From assembly GCA_043808155.1 (NCBI GenBank), contig JAZDFD010000009.1, forward strand, positions 1 through 16,872: a DNA stretch of 16,872 nucleotides, written 5' to 3'. This document shows positions 1 to 8,818 of the stretch, one piece after another. The notes beneath the pieces are model-generated. The model had not been told where the DNA came from. It made no database searches and worked only from the letters and a program-made list of their open reading frames with translations. The position numbers were made by a program, and so were the translations under genes. Numbering within the stretch: the stretch's first letter is position 1; each line of letters starts with the position of its first letter. The stretch comes from Candidatus Iainarchaeum sp. (lineage in GTDB: Archaea > Iainarchaeota > Iainarchaeia > Iainarchaeales > JAZDFD01).

Positions 1-544
1 CAATAACATCCTCCTTTTTTCCTGAAAATTCATCGAATTTGAAATCCTGTGAAGGGTCAAGCAAATAGAATTTATTTTCAAGTTCTGTTATTACAAATGC
101 ATGTGTTTCAATATTATCAAGTTCAGCAATTACTACCTCTGCTTTTTCATCTCCTAGACCTAAAAGCAGGGAGCATAGAAAAACAGCCAGGTCTTCGTCA
201 TCTCCGACCTTGTTTGTGAATATTTCTTTTGGAGTCAGCCAGTAATTCAGATTTAACTCATGGTCAACATACTCGATTTCAGAAGTAATAAAATTAAGCA
301 CCCCAGACGCTGTTTTAGCATAATCTTTCTCAAATGAATAATTTTCAGGCATAAAATCAGATAAGATTGCCTGAATTGTAAGGTCTTCACCATTAATAAG
401 GGCTTTAATTTCACCTATTGTACGCTTTTCACCCTCATTTATTACATCTGCATATTTCTCTAAAAGAAGCCTATATAGCTTTATCTGCAGTTTTGGGTCT
501 TTTCCCTTCTCACTTTCTGGCATTGGCCCTTCTCCTACTCCCAT
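1..544 (-). CDS. Transglutaminase-like (TGL/BTLCP-type) fold protein, probably catalytically inactive; runs off the left edge of the window
   Basis: Not in the ORF track. Hand translation from ATG 544 (or ATG 523, preceded by GGAG) is open to position 1: MGVGEGPMPESEKGKDPKLQIKLYRLLLEKY...NFITSEIEYVDHELNLNYWLTPKEIFTNKVGDDEDLAVFLCSLLLGLG...THAFVITELENKFYLLDPS. The YW-x-x-P-x-E...GD-x-ED-x-A...SLL...HA...LDP pattern is the transglutaminase-like signature. Confidence 0.8.
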   Translation of the reverse strand, partial: MGVGEGPMPESEKGKDPKLQIKLYRLLLEKYADVINEGEKRTIGEIKALINGEDLTIQAILSDFMPENYSFEKDYAKTASGVLNFITSEIEYVDHELNLNYWLTPKEIFTNKVGDDEDLAVFLCSLLLGLGDEKAEVVIAELDNIETHAFVITELENKFYLLDPSQDFKFDEFSGKKEDVI

Positions 545-572
545 GGGGAGTTTAATATATATGAGTAAAATT

Positions 573-587
573 AGCTTTAAAGCTTTG
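573..587 (-). promoter_or_regulatory. Putative BRE/TATA promoter of the TGL gene
   Basis: The minus strand reads AAAGC-TTTAAA, 32-37 nt upstream of ATG 544. The same AAGC-TT(T/A) pattern precedes other genes (11304-11316, 16853-16863). Confidence 0.5.
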
Positions 588-671
588 CATTTTTTAAGAA
601 AAAACACATTTTATGAGAAATTGACCCAGTATCAATTTTAAAATTTTAAAAATTTGTAAAGTGATGCTAAA

Positions 672-694
672 ACCGGAATAAGCGCACTTCCGGT
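672..694. promoter_or_regulatory. Perfect inverted repeat ACCGGAA-N9-TTCCGGT, possible transcription-factor operator
   Basis: GC-containing 7-bp arms (672-678 and 688-694) in the middle of the otherwise very AT-rich 545-817 divergent intergenic region. Confidence 0.4.
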
Positions 695-788
695 AATATG
701 CAATAAATTAAAATCAAAAACTAAATTTTTTGCTTATCTTACAATTTCTTTCCCACGTCTATTATATTTTTTCATTAATATAATAATG

Positions 789-794
789 TTTATA
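789..794 (+). promoter_or_regulatory. Putative TATA box of the pilus operon
   Basis: TTTATA lies 24-29 nt upstream of ATG 818 and there is no Shine-Dalgarno, consistent with a leaderless archaeal transcript. Confidence 0.5.
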
Positions 795-817
795 TTACCC
801 ATAAGCCTAATATTAGC

Positions 818-1234
818 ATGGTTAAATCAAACAAGAAAGCGCAGGTTGCAATTGAGTATCTTATTTTAGTTTCATTTATTTTGTTCATAATCAGTATTGC
901 AACTGCATATGCAATTTTCACTTATTATGAAAATGTAAAAATAAGCAGTGTTCGAAATACTGTCCAAAGTATGGAAACTGCAGCTAATCAGGTTTATGCT
1001 CTGGGACCGGGAAATGTTATTTTTAGGGATATTGTTTTGCCTGCAGGGGTAAGTGATGAATCACTTGCAATAAATAGAGAATTTTATTACCGAGTTCAGT
1101 TGTTTTCAGGTAATTCTGATTTTGTTGGTGATGTTAAAGGAAATATAACTGAAGTTCAGCTACCGTATTCTGAAGGTGTTCACACTATCGAAATAAAAGT
1201 AGTTGATGAAAACATTGTTTTCACAGAGGTTTAG
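818..1234 (+). CDS. Minor type IV pilin-like protein (class III signal peptide)
   Basis: N-terminus KKA/QVAIEYLILVSFILFII: basic leader, Q+1, E+5, then a hydrophobic helix. First gene of the pilus operon. Confidence 0.85.
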   Translation: MVKSNKKAQVAIEYLILVSFILFIISIATAYAIFTYYENVKISSVRNTVQSMETAANQVYALGPGNVIFRDIVLPAGVSDESLAINREFYYRVQLFSGNSDFVGDVKGNITEVQLPYSEGVHTIEIKVVDENIVFTEV

Positions 1235-1242
1235 GTGTTTTC

Positions 1243-1608
1243 GTGAGTTTTACAAAAGGTCAGGTTTCAGTAGAAACAATGGCAGTCGTAGGCATAATTC
1301 TTTTGTTATTTGCAATTGTAAGTACAACAGTTGCATATAGAAATATACAATCTCAAATAATTGAAGAAAATTATAATGAATTTAATTCATGTTCTGAAAT
1401 CAGCATGCTTATTACAAATTCATATTCGCATGGTCCAAAAAGCGAAATATTTGTAACATCTGCTTTGGATATGATTGTTCAGGAAAATGAAGTTCATGTT
1501 GGCAGTAATTATTGTCATGTTACTGGTAAAGTATCTGATGCTACTTTAGTTGCAGGAATTATAAGAATAAAAAACATTAATGGAGTTGTGCAACTTGAGA
1601 ACGTCTAG
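1243..1608 (+). CDS. Minor type IV pilin-like protein (class III signal peptide)
   Basis: GTG start after an AGGTG SD. TKG/QVSVETMAVVGIILLLFAIV matches the QXSXE motif. Confidence 0.85.
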   Translation: MSFTKGQVSVETMAVVGIILLLFAIVSTTVAYRNIQSQIIEENYNEFNSCSEISMLITNSYSHGPKSEIFVTSALDMIVQENEVHVGSNYCHVTGKVSDATLVAGIIRIKNINGVVQLENV

Positions 1609-2083
1609 AGGCCAGATTTCAGCATATGATTTCATGATTGCAATGTTCTTATTTTTGCTGATGTTTATTACATTGAACAGTGTCTGGACTGGTATTTATA
1701 GTTCAGTGGTTGAAAATCAAATCCAGACTCAAATGCATGATTCATCTTACAAAGCACTTGAAGTTTTGATTAAAACTAAAGGCTATCCTGCTAACTGGGA
1801 AGATGACCCTTCAAATGCAGAATCAATAGGCCTTGCAAAACGTAAAAATGTTTTTGATGATGATAAAGTTACTGCATTTAAATCAATGGATTATGATTTA
1901 TCCAAAGAATTGATGGGGTTAGGTCTGTTTGAATATTATTTGGATGTTGATTCTTTCGGAACTGCTAATGACTTTACTAAAGGAATTTCATTACCCACCG
2001 ACAAAGACATATATAGTGCATCAAGAATTGTAAACTACAAAGGAGCTGAAGCAGTTGTTACACTTTATGTATTCCAAAACTAA
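1595..2083 (+). CDS. Minor type IV pilin-like protein
   Basis: SRG/QISAYDFMIAMFLFLLMF signal, plus an LIKTKGYPANWE motif of the kind seen in archaeal pilin-like proteins. The likely start is TTG 1595 after GGAG (1582-1585); the ORF track start is 1580. Confidence 0.8.
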   Translation: MRTSRGQISAYDFMIAMFLFLLMFITLNSVWTGIYSSVVENQIQTQMHDSSYKALEVLIKTKGYPANWEDDPSNAESIGLAKRKNVFDDDKVTAFKSMDYDLSKELMGLGLFEYYLDVDSFGTANDFTKGISLPTDKDIYSASRIVNYKGAEAVVTLYVFQN

Positions 2084-4400
2084 AAATAACAAAGGATTTG
2101 TGCTTACAGTTGATGCAATTATGGCACTTCTAATTGTTGTTGCCTTTCTTCTCATAACGCAAATTCAGCCTTATGATTCTGAACCATACATTGCAAAGCT
2201 TTCAACTAACGAAAGAGCAGCTGATCTTTTCATATCACTTGATGAAAATGGTTTTCTTACTGGTGTAATGGATGAAAACCTAACTGCTGATTTGAAAATG
2301 GATACAATTTACAACAAAATGCTTTCAGTAGTTCCCTCTAATATGGATTTTCGAATTGAACTTACGCGTTATGATGCAAATGAATTAAACTGCAGGCTTA
2401 ATCCTTATTTTGATGGCTGTTTCACATTAGTTGACATTTATCCTGAAAGAGGAACAGCCATACCAACTGACAAAGATCTAATAAGCGGAGCAACAACATT
2501 TATGAGAGGCCAGCCACCCGGGCAGTGTGAAATTGCAGAAGTTGAATTTGCAGATGAATTTTCTTATGCACCAGAGAATGAACGGCTTTTATTTAATGCG
2601 ATATCAGAAACTGACCGGCTTTCATTCAGTGCTGAACCATACACACTTTTCTTTGCAGAAGGTGACTTAAACTTTTTATTTTCTGTTGACGTTACTCCCT
2701 CAGACGAACTTGAATGTGATGAAGAGTTAAGAGTTGATTTAACTTTAGAAGTTACGGCAGAAGGCGGGCGTGCACCGCTTGACATGATGTTAGTGCTTGA
2801 CAGAACTGAAAGCATGGAAGACTGTGTTGTTGCAGATGGGACTATTGAAACATATGAAGTAAATGTAACTGCACTTGACTGGGAACTTGTTGATACAATT
2901 GATTTAACTAGTGCAGATGCATTTGATGTTTTGATTGAATGGACTGACTCATGTTCTTTAGCAAACTGTCCAAAGATGTACATCGAATCTCCAAGTTTAG
3001 ATCATTATGGTTTTGGATACAGTACTACAAATGCATATGAATGCCATACATCCGGAGCTGTTAATTATTACGAAGATGACAGTTTCAGTTATATTGCAGT
3101 TCCATCAAATATGTCGGAAGTTGGAACATGGAATGTTTATGTAAAAAAGAATAATCCCCAAATAAGTTATGCTTTAACCACGAAATTTATTGATGCGCCT
3201 TTATCAAAACTTGAATCAATGAAAACTGAAAGTGTTAATTTTATTTATAATGCAGAATGGCAGCCAGATGATCAGATTGGTTATGTTTCATTTGAAAGGC
3301 GTGCAAAGAAAGAAAGCCCTCTTCCCTCAAGCAGAGGCGCTGTACAAAATAAAATTCAAAACACAACAACATCCGGAACTGAAAACACTGCAATGGGTGA
3401 CGGAATTGATGTTGCAAATGGTGAGTTAACCGGCCCTCAGGCACAGGATGACGCTTTAAAATTTGAAATTCTTTTAAGTGATGGTGAAACAACAATTGGA
3501 ATGAGCAGTGAAGATGCTGCAAACGATGCTGCTGATAATAACATTTCAATATTTACAATTGCTTTTGGTCCTGATGCAAATCAAATGGAAATGCAGAATA
3601 TTGCAGACATTACTGGCGGGGAAATGTACTATGCAAAAGATGAAAATGCACTGAAAGAAGTTTATGAAATAATTGCACAAAAAATAGGGCTTGAAGCACA
3701 GAGTGCCGCATCTGCTAAAGCATATGATGCAAATGCTACTGTTCCTCTGCCACTACACTCATTTTTAGTTGACCCTGGTTCAGGTGTATTTGAGGAGGGA
3801 ACCGACAGAAATTATTTGTTTTATAACATTGGCACTGTAACTGTTGCTGATCCTTGGGAAGGTTATTTTATAGTTACGTTTCCCTGCGACAATGATTTTT
3901 CATGTGAAAATGATGTAAAATATTTTCCCGAAGAACCATTTTATGTTTATTATTACGATGATTTAGGGATTCCACAAGACCCTGTACTGTGGGATGGCAA
4001 TTTTGAAATAACTTTCCTTTATCGCGATTTGACAGTTGATTTTATTTCAGGTGAAATCAGAGGCTATTCTGAAATTTATTTGGATTTGAATGCAATAAAT
4101 TCCGGATTTTTAGATACTGGTGCAACTACTGTTGAACTTTATTATGATGATGTTTATACTGGCGAATACATTACAGACAGAAGTGTTGTTCCCATGTGCG
4201 GAATGTTTAGTTCGGGATGTGATAATTATTTCCAGGTTTTCAATGAACTTTTTATTGAAAATGGGGGACACATATTGGCAATAATTAACAAAGACAAATC
4301 AATCAAAGAATGCCCTGGTAATAACATTGCAGAAATTTATTGTTATGTAACTCCGAGAACACAATTTTATATTTTAAAATATTGGTTGTGGTATAAGTGA
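2067..4400 (+). CDS. Large pilin-like adhesin with a vWA domain and a C-terminal CARDB/Ig-like region
   Basis: NNKG/FVLTVDAIMALLIVVAFLL class III signal. vWA motifs: LDMMLVLDRTESM, DQIGYVSF, NTAMGDGI, ILLSDGE, IFTIAFG, IADITGG. CARDB-like DLTVD...INSG...TVELYYD...IKECPGNN. Likely start ATG 2067; the ORF track start is 2055. Confidence 0.85.
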   Translation: MYSKTKNNKGFVLTVDAIMALLIVVAFLLITQIQPYDSEPYIAKLSTNERAADLFISLDENGFLTGVMDENLTADLKMDTIYNKMLSVVPSNMDFRIELTRYDANELNCRLNPYFDGCFTLVDIYPERGTAIPTDKDLISGATTFMRGQPPGQCEIAEVEFADEFSYAPENERLLFNAISETDRLSFSAEPYTLFFAEGDLNFLFSVDVTPSDELECDEELRVDLTLEVTAEGGRAPLDMMLVLDRTESMEDCVVADGTIETYEVNVTALDWELVDTIDLTSADAFDVLIEWTDSCSLANCPKMYIESPSLDHYGFGYSTTNAYECHTSGAVNYYEDDSFSYIAVPSNMSEVGTWNVYVKKNNPQISYALTTKFIDAPLSKLESMKTESVNFIYNAEWQPDDQIGYVSFERRAKKESPLPSSRGAVQNKIQNTTTSGTENTAMGDGIDVANGELTGPQAQDDALKFEILLSDGETTIGMSSEDAANDAADNNISIFTIAFGPDANQMEMQNIADITGGEMYYAKDENALKEVYEIIAQKIGLEAQSAASAKAYDANATVPLPLHSFLVDPGSGVFEEGTDRNYLFYNIGTVTVADPWEGYFIVTFPCDNDFSCENDVKYFPEEPFYVYYYDDLGIPQDPVLWDGNFEITFLYRDLTVDFISGEIRGYSEIYLDLNAINSGFLDTGATTVELYYDDVYTGEYITDRSVVPMCGMFSSGCDNYFQVFNELFIENGGHILAIINKDKSIKECPGNNIAEIYCYVTPRTQFYILKYWLWYK

Positions 4401-5386
4401 ATAACAAAGGCATTTTGTTTACATTAATGGTGCTTTTAATCACATTAAGTTTACTCACGTTTATTTCAGTAGTTGAAAATGGGATGGGTGAATCTCAGCA
4501 GCTTGGTTATGTAACAAATTTTTTGAGAGTCGCGGAAAAATTCAGCAATATTGAACGAAATGTAATCAGACTTGATAAAACTGAACCAATTACAAATCTG
4601 AGTGAAAGAGTTTTGCCATTTATTTATGTTGTTGATGACAGAACATTAACTGTTACTCAGGAATTGCCTTTGAAAGAATCTGATTTCAATTCATTTTATG
4701 ATACAATAAATATTTATGAAATTTTTGAAGAAGATCAAAACTACAATTATGCATACACTGGAATTGATGTGTCAATTGACACGCTTAAAAATCCTCTTTG
4801 GGGCGGAATCAGTAATGAACTTGTTTTTTTAGTTGATCCTTTCTGTTTCCAATTTAAAGAATCAGGATTAGATTTTATGAGTGTGGGTGGGTCGACACAT
4901 GAGAAATGTATAGACACATTTGACTTTGATACAGTTAAAAGATTTGATCTTAATGTGAATATTGTGCAGTTCGCGGAAGATTATAATACAATCACATGCA
5001 ATTCAGGGCCTTGTGATGGTGCTGGATGGCATCAAGAGTTTGAAGGGAGTAGTATTTGGCCATATTTTGAAATTGAAATTATTGATACTGAATGCGGTCA
5101 TTGTGATTTCCCTACTGCAAATAAGGTAATTAGCGGACATTATAATCCCGCGCTTAATTATGAGATTGAAATTTCATGTACTGGCGCTTCTTGCGTGTCA
5201 GACCCAATAACACTAACCAGTTTGGGGGGTATTACTGCAGAACATGAGTCCAATGAAAGGATTATTATTGAACTCAAAACTGAGTTTTACGATGACATTG
5301 ATAAATTTTATTTCCCTGACTTTGATATGAATGTAACTGAGTCAGATTTCAATATCTTTATTACTAACATAAGTGGTTTTAGTTAA
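4397..5386 (+). CDS. Pilin-like protein with an acidic, Cys-rich extracellular domain
   Basis: GTG start overlaps the upstream stop. NNKG/ILFTLMVLLITLSLL class III-type signal. Several Cys pairs in the C-terminal half. Confidence 0.8.
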   Translation: MNNKGILFTLMVLLITLSLLTFISVVENGMGESQQLGYVTNFLRVAEKFSNIERNVIRLDKTEPITNLSERVLPFIYVVDDRTLTVTQELPLKESDFNSFYDTINIYEIFEEDQNYNYAYTGIDVSIDTLKNPLWGGISNELVFLVDPFCFQFKESGLDFMSVGGSTHEKCIDTFDFDTVKRFDLNVNIVQFAEDYNTITCNSGPCDGAGWHQEFEGSSIWPYFEIEIIDTECGHCDFPTANKVISGHYNPALNYEIEISCTGASCVSDPITLTSLGGITAEHESNERIIIELKTEFYDDIDKFYFPDFDMNVTESDFNIFITNISGFS

Positions 5387-5439
5387 AGTAAGTAATATAT
5401 AGATGTAAAAATATATGATAATGGTACAGGTTTTGAAGA

Positions 5440-7236
5440 ATGACAACAAGGCAAAAACCAAAAGAACAAGTTGAAATAATAGGGATTTACCTAGGCGGGG
5501 GGCCAAAACTCACAACAAGTCACCAAATGCCCCCGCCCAAGAAAGATGGCTTATTCACAAGACTGCTAAAAGCACTGCATCTTGTACCCAGTAGTTCTGT
5601 TATGAAGACACGTGAACTGACAAAAAAGCGAGTTCTTGAACGAAAGGAACAAAAGCGTAAACTAAAGCAAGTTACTGACAAAACAAAGGCAAAAGAGCAA
5701 AAACTGAAAAACTTAAAAAGAAACCTTGACAAAAACAGAATTCTTAAAACAGATGACAAAGAAGACGTCACTTTACTTATCCGTGATGATTTAAAAACAA
5801 AGCCAACAAAACCCACTGCAAATACAGTTCTGTCAACAAAAATCCATGCTGGTAAACTCGGAGTAATGGAAAAAGAAAAAGTTTCAGAATCTGAAAAAAA
5901 TGAAAGAATTAAAAAAATTGAGCGTGATTATGACAGAATATCCAAAAAGATTGGCGATTTGGAGAATAAAGAAGCAAACAAAACATTAAATTCTGATGAA
6001 ATTTCAGAAAAGAAAGAACTTATTCAGAGTTTAAGAGCATTAAGACTTGAAATGCGTCTGCTTGGAAAAAGCATAGACTCGAAAATGCAAATACCTCAAC
6101 AAATAATTCAGCAACCAGTACCGCAGTTACCCGTAGTTGTAACTAAAACAAAAGAACAGGACGCAAATGAAATAAAAAAAATGATGTCTGCTCTGCGTTA
6201 TGAATATTATAAAAGAAGAATAAGTGAGACAGAATACAAATCAAGACTTTTTGAATATCAGACTAAGTTAAGGTCTTTGGGATTTACTATCCCTAAAGAA
6301 TTAAAATTTGAAAAACCAATAAAAGAAGAACAGAAGATAACTGCGGTTACTCAACCAAAAATACACCCACACCCAATAACACACCCAAAAGCACATCACA
6401 AAGATCAACCAGTAGCACGTCACAAAGTACAGCCAACAGAAAAAACAAAAGAGCCAATAACACAACTAGCAGCACACCCAAAAGGACAACCGCAAACGCT
6501 TTCAGTTAGGGAGCTAAAAGTTGATAAACTGGAAATCGCGCAACCTATTCAGAATCTAAATGACTCTGTAAAGCCAAAAGAAACACCATATGACAAAATG
6601 GAAATGCTTATTGCAGGCACTGGCGACAATTCTAAAAGTTCTAAAATATCCGACAGCAAAATAGGTCAAATGCTCAGAGAAAGACCTTTTGAAAAAATTG
6701 ATCATAAAAGAGTTGCAGAACTCGAAACACATGTTAAAGGTTTGATGAAACGACATGAAATTTCCGAATCAACAATTTCCGATGTTGGTGCAGTTGATAA
6801 AAATAAAATTATTGAAGATTTTGATAAGTTAATCAATTTAATTGATCTTGAAAAACACACCAAAGATCTTATGCGGGAAGAACACAAATCATCACATGAT
6901 GATAAAATTGAAATGACTAATTTAATGCCTGTAACTTCTGGTGACTCTCATAAAAAAGATCAAATCAAATCAATTGCAAAAGAAATAATCAAATACAAAA
7001 TCGTTACTGATTTTGATAATGTTTTACAATATGTTAAATCACATGGAAAAGTATCTGAAAATCAATTAGTTAAAGATCTGAAAATAGACAGAAAAAGACT
7101 TCATGCTGCAACTGAAGTTCTTGAAAATAATGAATTAATAAAAATTGAATACCCTCCGTTTGGGTCTGCAATAATCTATGATGCTGCTTACAAAAAACCA
7201 GAAAAGGAAAAAAAGAATAAAAAGAAGGGGAGTTGA
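5440..7236 (+). CDS. Cytoplasmic Lys-rich coiled-coil protein with a C-terminal winged-helix-like domain, pilus-associated
   Basis: 598 aa with no transmembrane segment and coiled-coil-like K/E heptads. SHOCT-like LRYEYYKRRISETEYK. The C-terminus IVTDFDNVLQYVKSHGKVSENQLVKDLKIDRKRLHAATEVLENNELIKIEYP has a wHTH pattern. Its stop overlaps the ATPase start. Confidence 0.7.
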   Translation: MTTRQKPKEQVEIIGIYLGGGPKLTTSHQMPPPKKDGLFTRLLKALHLVPSSSVMKTRELTKKRVLERKEQKRKLKQVTDKTKAKEQKLKNLKRNLDKNRILKTDDKEDVTLLIRDDLKTKPTKPTANTVLSTKIHAGKLGVMEKEKVSESEKNERIKKIERDYDRISKKIGDLENKEANKTLNSDEISEKKELIQSLRALRLEMRLLGKSIDSKMQIPQQIIQQPVPQLPVVVTKTKEQDANEIKKMMSALRYEYYKRRISETEYKSRLFEYQTKLRSLGFTIPKELKFEKPIKEEQKITAVTQPKIHPHPITHPKAHHKDQPVARHKVQPTEKTKEPITQLAAHPKGQPQTLSVRELKVDKLEIAQPIQNLNDSVKPKETPYDKMEMLIAGTGDNSKSSKISDSKIGQMLRERPFEKIDHKRVAELETHVKGLMKRHEISESTISDVGAVDKNKIIEDFDKLINLIDLEKHTKDLMREEHKSSHDDKIEMTNLMPVTSGDSHKKDQIKSIAKEIIKYKIVTDFDNVLQYVKSHGKVSENQLVKDLKIDRKRLHAATEVLENNELIKIEYPPFGSAIIYDAAYKKPEKEKKNKKKGS

Positions 7237-8807
7237 ATCAAATGAAGGATAAACTTGAATTGAGTGATATTCAAATTAATTCTGACGTTAACAAAGAAAA
7301 AGTAAAACAAAAAGTTGTTGAAACATATGAAATTGAAGCAGATGGTGTTTCAATTGAAGTAAGTATTATTGAAAAAAAGGAACTTTTTGTAAGAGAATAT
7401 TATCTGAATTTTCCTGAGTATGGTGAAGGAACAAAAGCACTGCTAAAAAATCTAAAATCAAGTATCATCACAGAGTCAACACTCAAAACAGAGAAAATGC
7501 TTGACCCCAATTTTATTATAACTTTAAAAAAGAAATTTTCTGACAGGTCAATGTCAATACTTTCAAAAGAAATGCCTAACATGGATGATAAAACAAAGAA
7601 GATGCTTACAGGAATTTTAATTCATGAAATGCTGGGCCTGGGGAAACTTGAATTCTTACTTAATGACAGTAATCTGGAAGAAATGGTAATCAACCAGAGT
7701 CATGAACCAGTCTGGGTTTATCATAAAAAATACGGCTGGTTAAGAACTAACATATACGTAACGCCTGAAGAAGAAATAGTAAACTACGCAAGTATAATTG
7801 CGCGTAGAATTGGAAAACAGATTACTACTTTGGCGCCTTTATTAGACGCTCATTTAATCACCGGAGACCGTGCAAATGCCACTCTTTTTCCTATTTCAAC
7901 TAAAGGAAATACAATCACTATCCGTAAGTTCAGGCGTGATCCATGGACTGTTACAGACCTCATAAAAAACGGTACCACAAGTGCTGATTTGATGTCTTTG
8001 ATATGGCTTGCCATAGAATATGAGCTCAATATTATCTTTTCCGGTGGTACAGCATCAGGTAAAACAACTATGCTTGGTTCATGCCTGCCCTTTATACAGC
8101 CAAATCACAGAATAATTTCAATTGAGGACACACGTGAACTTCAGGCACCTGATTATCTTCACTGGGTACCCTTAACCACAAGAGAACCAAATCCAGAAGG
8201 CAAGGGCGGAGTTTCAATGTTAGATTTGCTTGTGAATTCATTGAGAATGCGTCCTGACAGAGTAATGGTTGGTGAAGTAAGAAGACAGAGAGAAGCAGAG
8301 GTAATGTTTGAAGCAATGCACACAGGTCACTCTGTTTACACAACAGTGCACGCAAACACTGCAGATGAAACAATTAGAAGATTAATCAACCCGCCAATTT
8401 CAATTGCACCGTCAATGCTTGATTCTGTACATTTGAATGTTGTAATGTTCCGAAACAGAAGAATTGGTGCAAGACGTGTTCTTCAGGTTGCTGAATTCAT
8501 TCCTGAAAAAAGAGGTGCAGATGAAGAAAGAATAAAACCAAATGTGATTTACAGATGGAGACCTGCTGATGATGTCATAAGTAAACACAGTGAAAGTGTA
8601 AGATTATTTGATGAATTAGCACTGCATACTGGACTGACATCAGAAGAAATAAACCGCGAACTCAAAAAGAAAAAACAAATCCTTGAATGGATGGTTAAAT
8701 ATGATGTACGCGGCATTGAAAAAGTAGGAAAAACAATGGCTGAATATTATATGGATGCTGACAATGTTTTCAGTTATGTGGAGAAAGATAAAAAACCAAA
8801 TTTTTAA
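7233..8807 (+). CDS. Type IV pilus / T2SS assembly ATPase (VirB11/CpaF/TadA/ArlI family)
   Basis: Walker A GGTASGKTT, Asp box SIEDTREL, LRMRPDRVMVGEVR (Walker B) and His box MHTGHSVYTTVHA. Confidence 0.95.
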   Translation: MNQMKDKLELSDIQINSDVNKEKVKQKVVETYEIEADGVSIEVSIIEKKELFVREYYLNFPEYGEGTKALLKNLKSSIITESTLKTEKMLDPNFIITLKKKFSDRSMSILSKEMPNMDDKTKKMLTGILIHEMLGLGKLEFLLNDSNLEEMVINQSHEPVWVYHKKYGWLRTNIYVTPEEEIVNYASIIARRIGKQITTLAPLLDAHLITGDRANATLFPISTKGNTITIRKFRRDPWTVTDLIKNGTTSADLMSLIWLAIEYELNIIFSGGTASGKTTMLGSCLPFIQPNHRIISIEDTRELQAPDYLHWVPLTTREPNPEGKGGVSMLDLLVNSLRMRPDRVMVGEVRRQREAEVMFEAMHTGHSVYTTVHANTADETIRRLINPPISIAPSMLDSVHLNVVMFRNRRIGARRVLQVAEFIPEKRGADEERIKPNVIYRWRPADDVISKHSESVRLFDELALHTGLTSEEINRELKKKKQILEWMVKYDVRGIEKVGKTMAEYYMDADNVFSYVEKDKKPNF

Positions 8808-8818
8808 GTGATGGAAGA

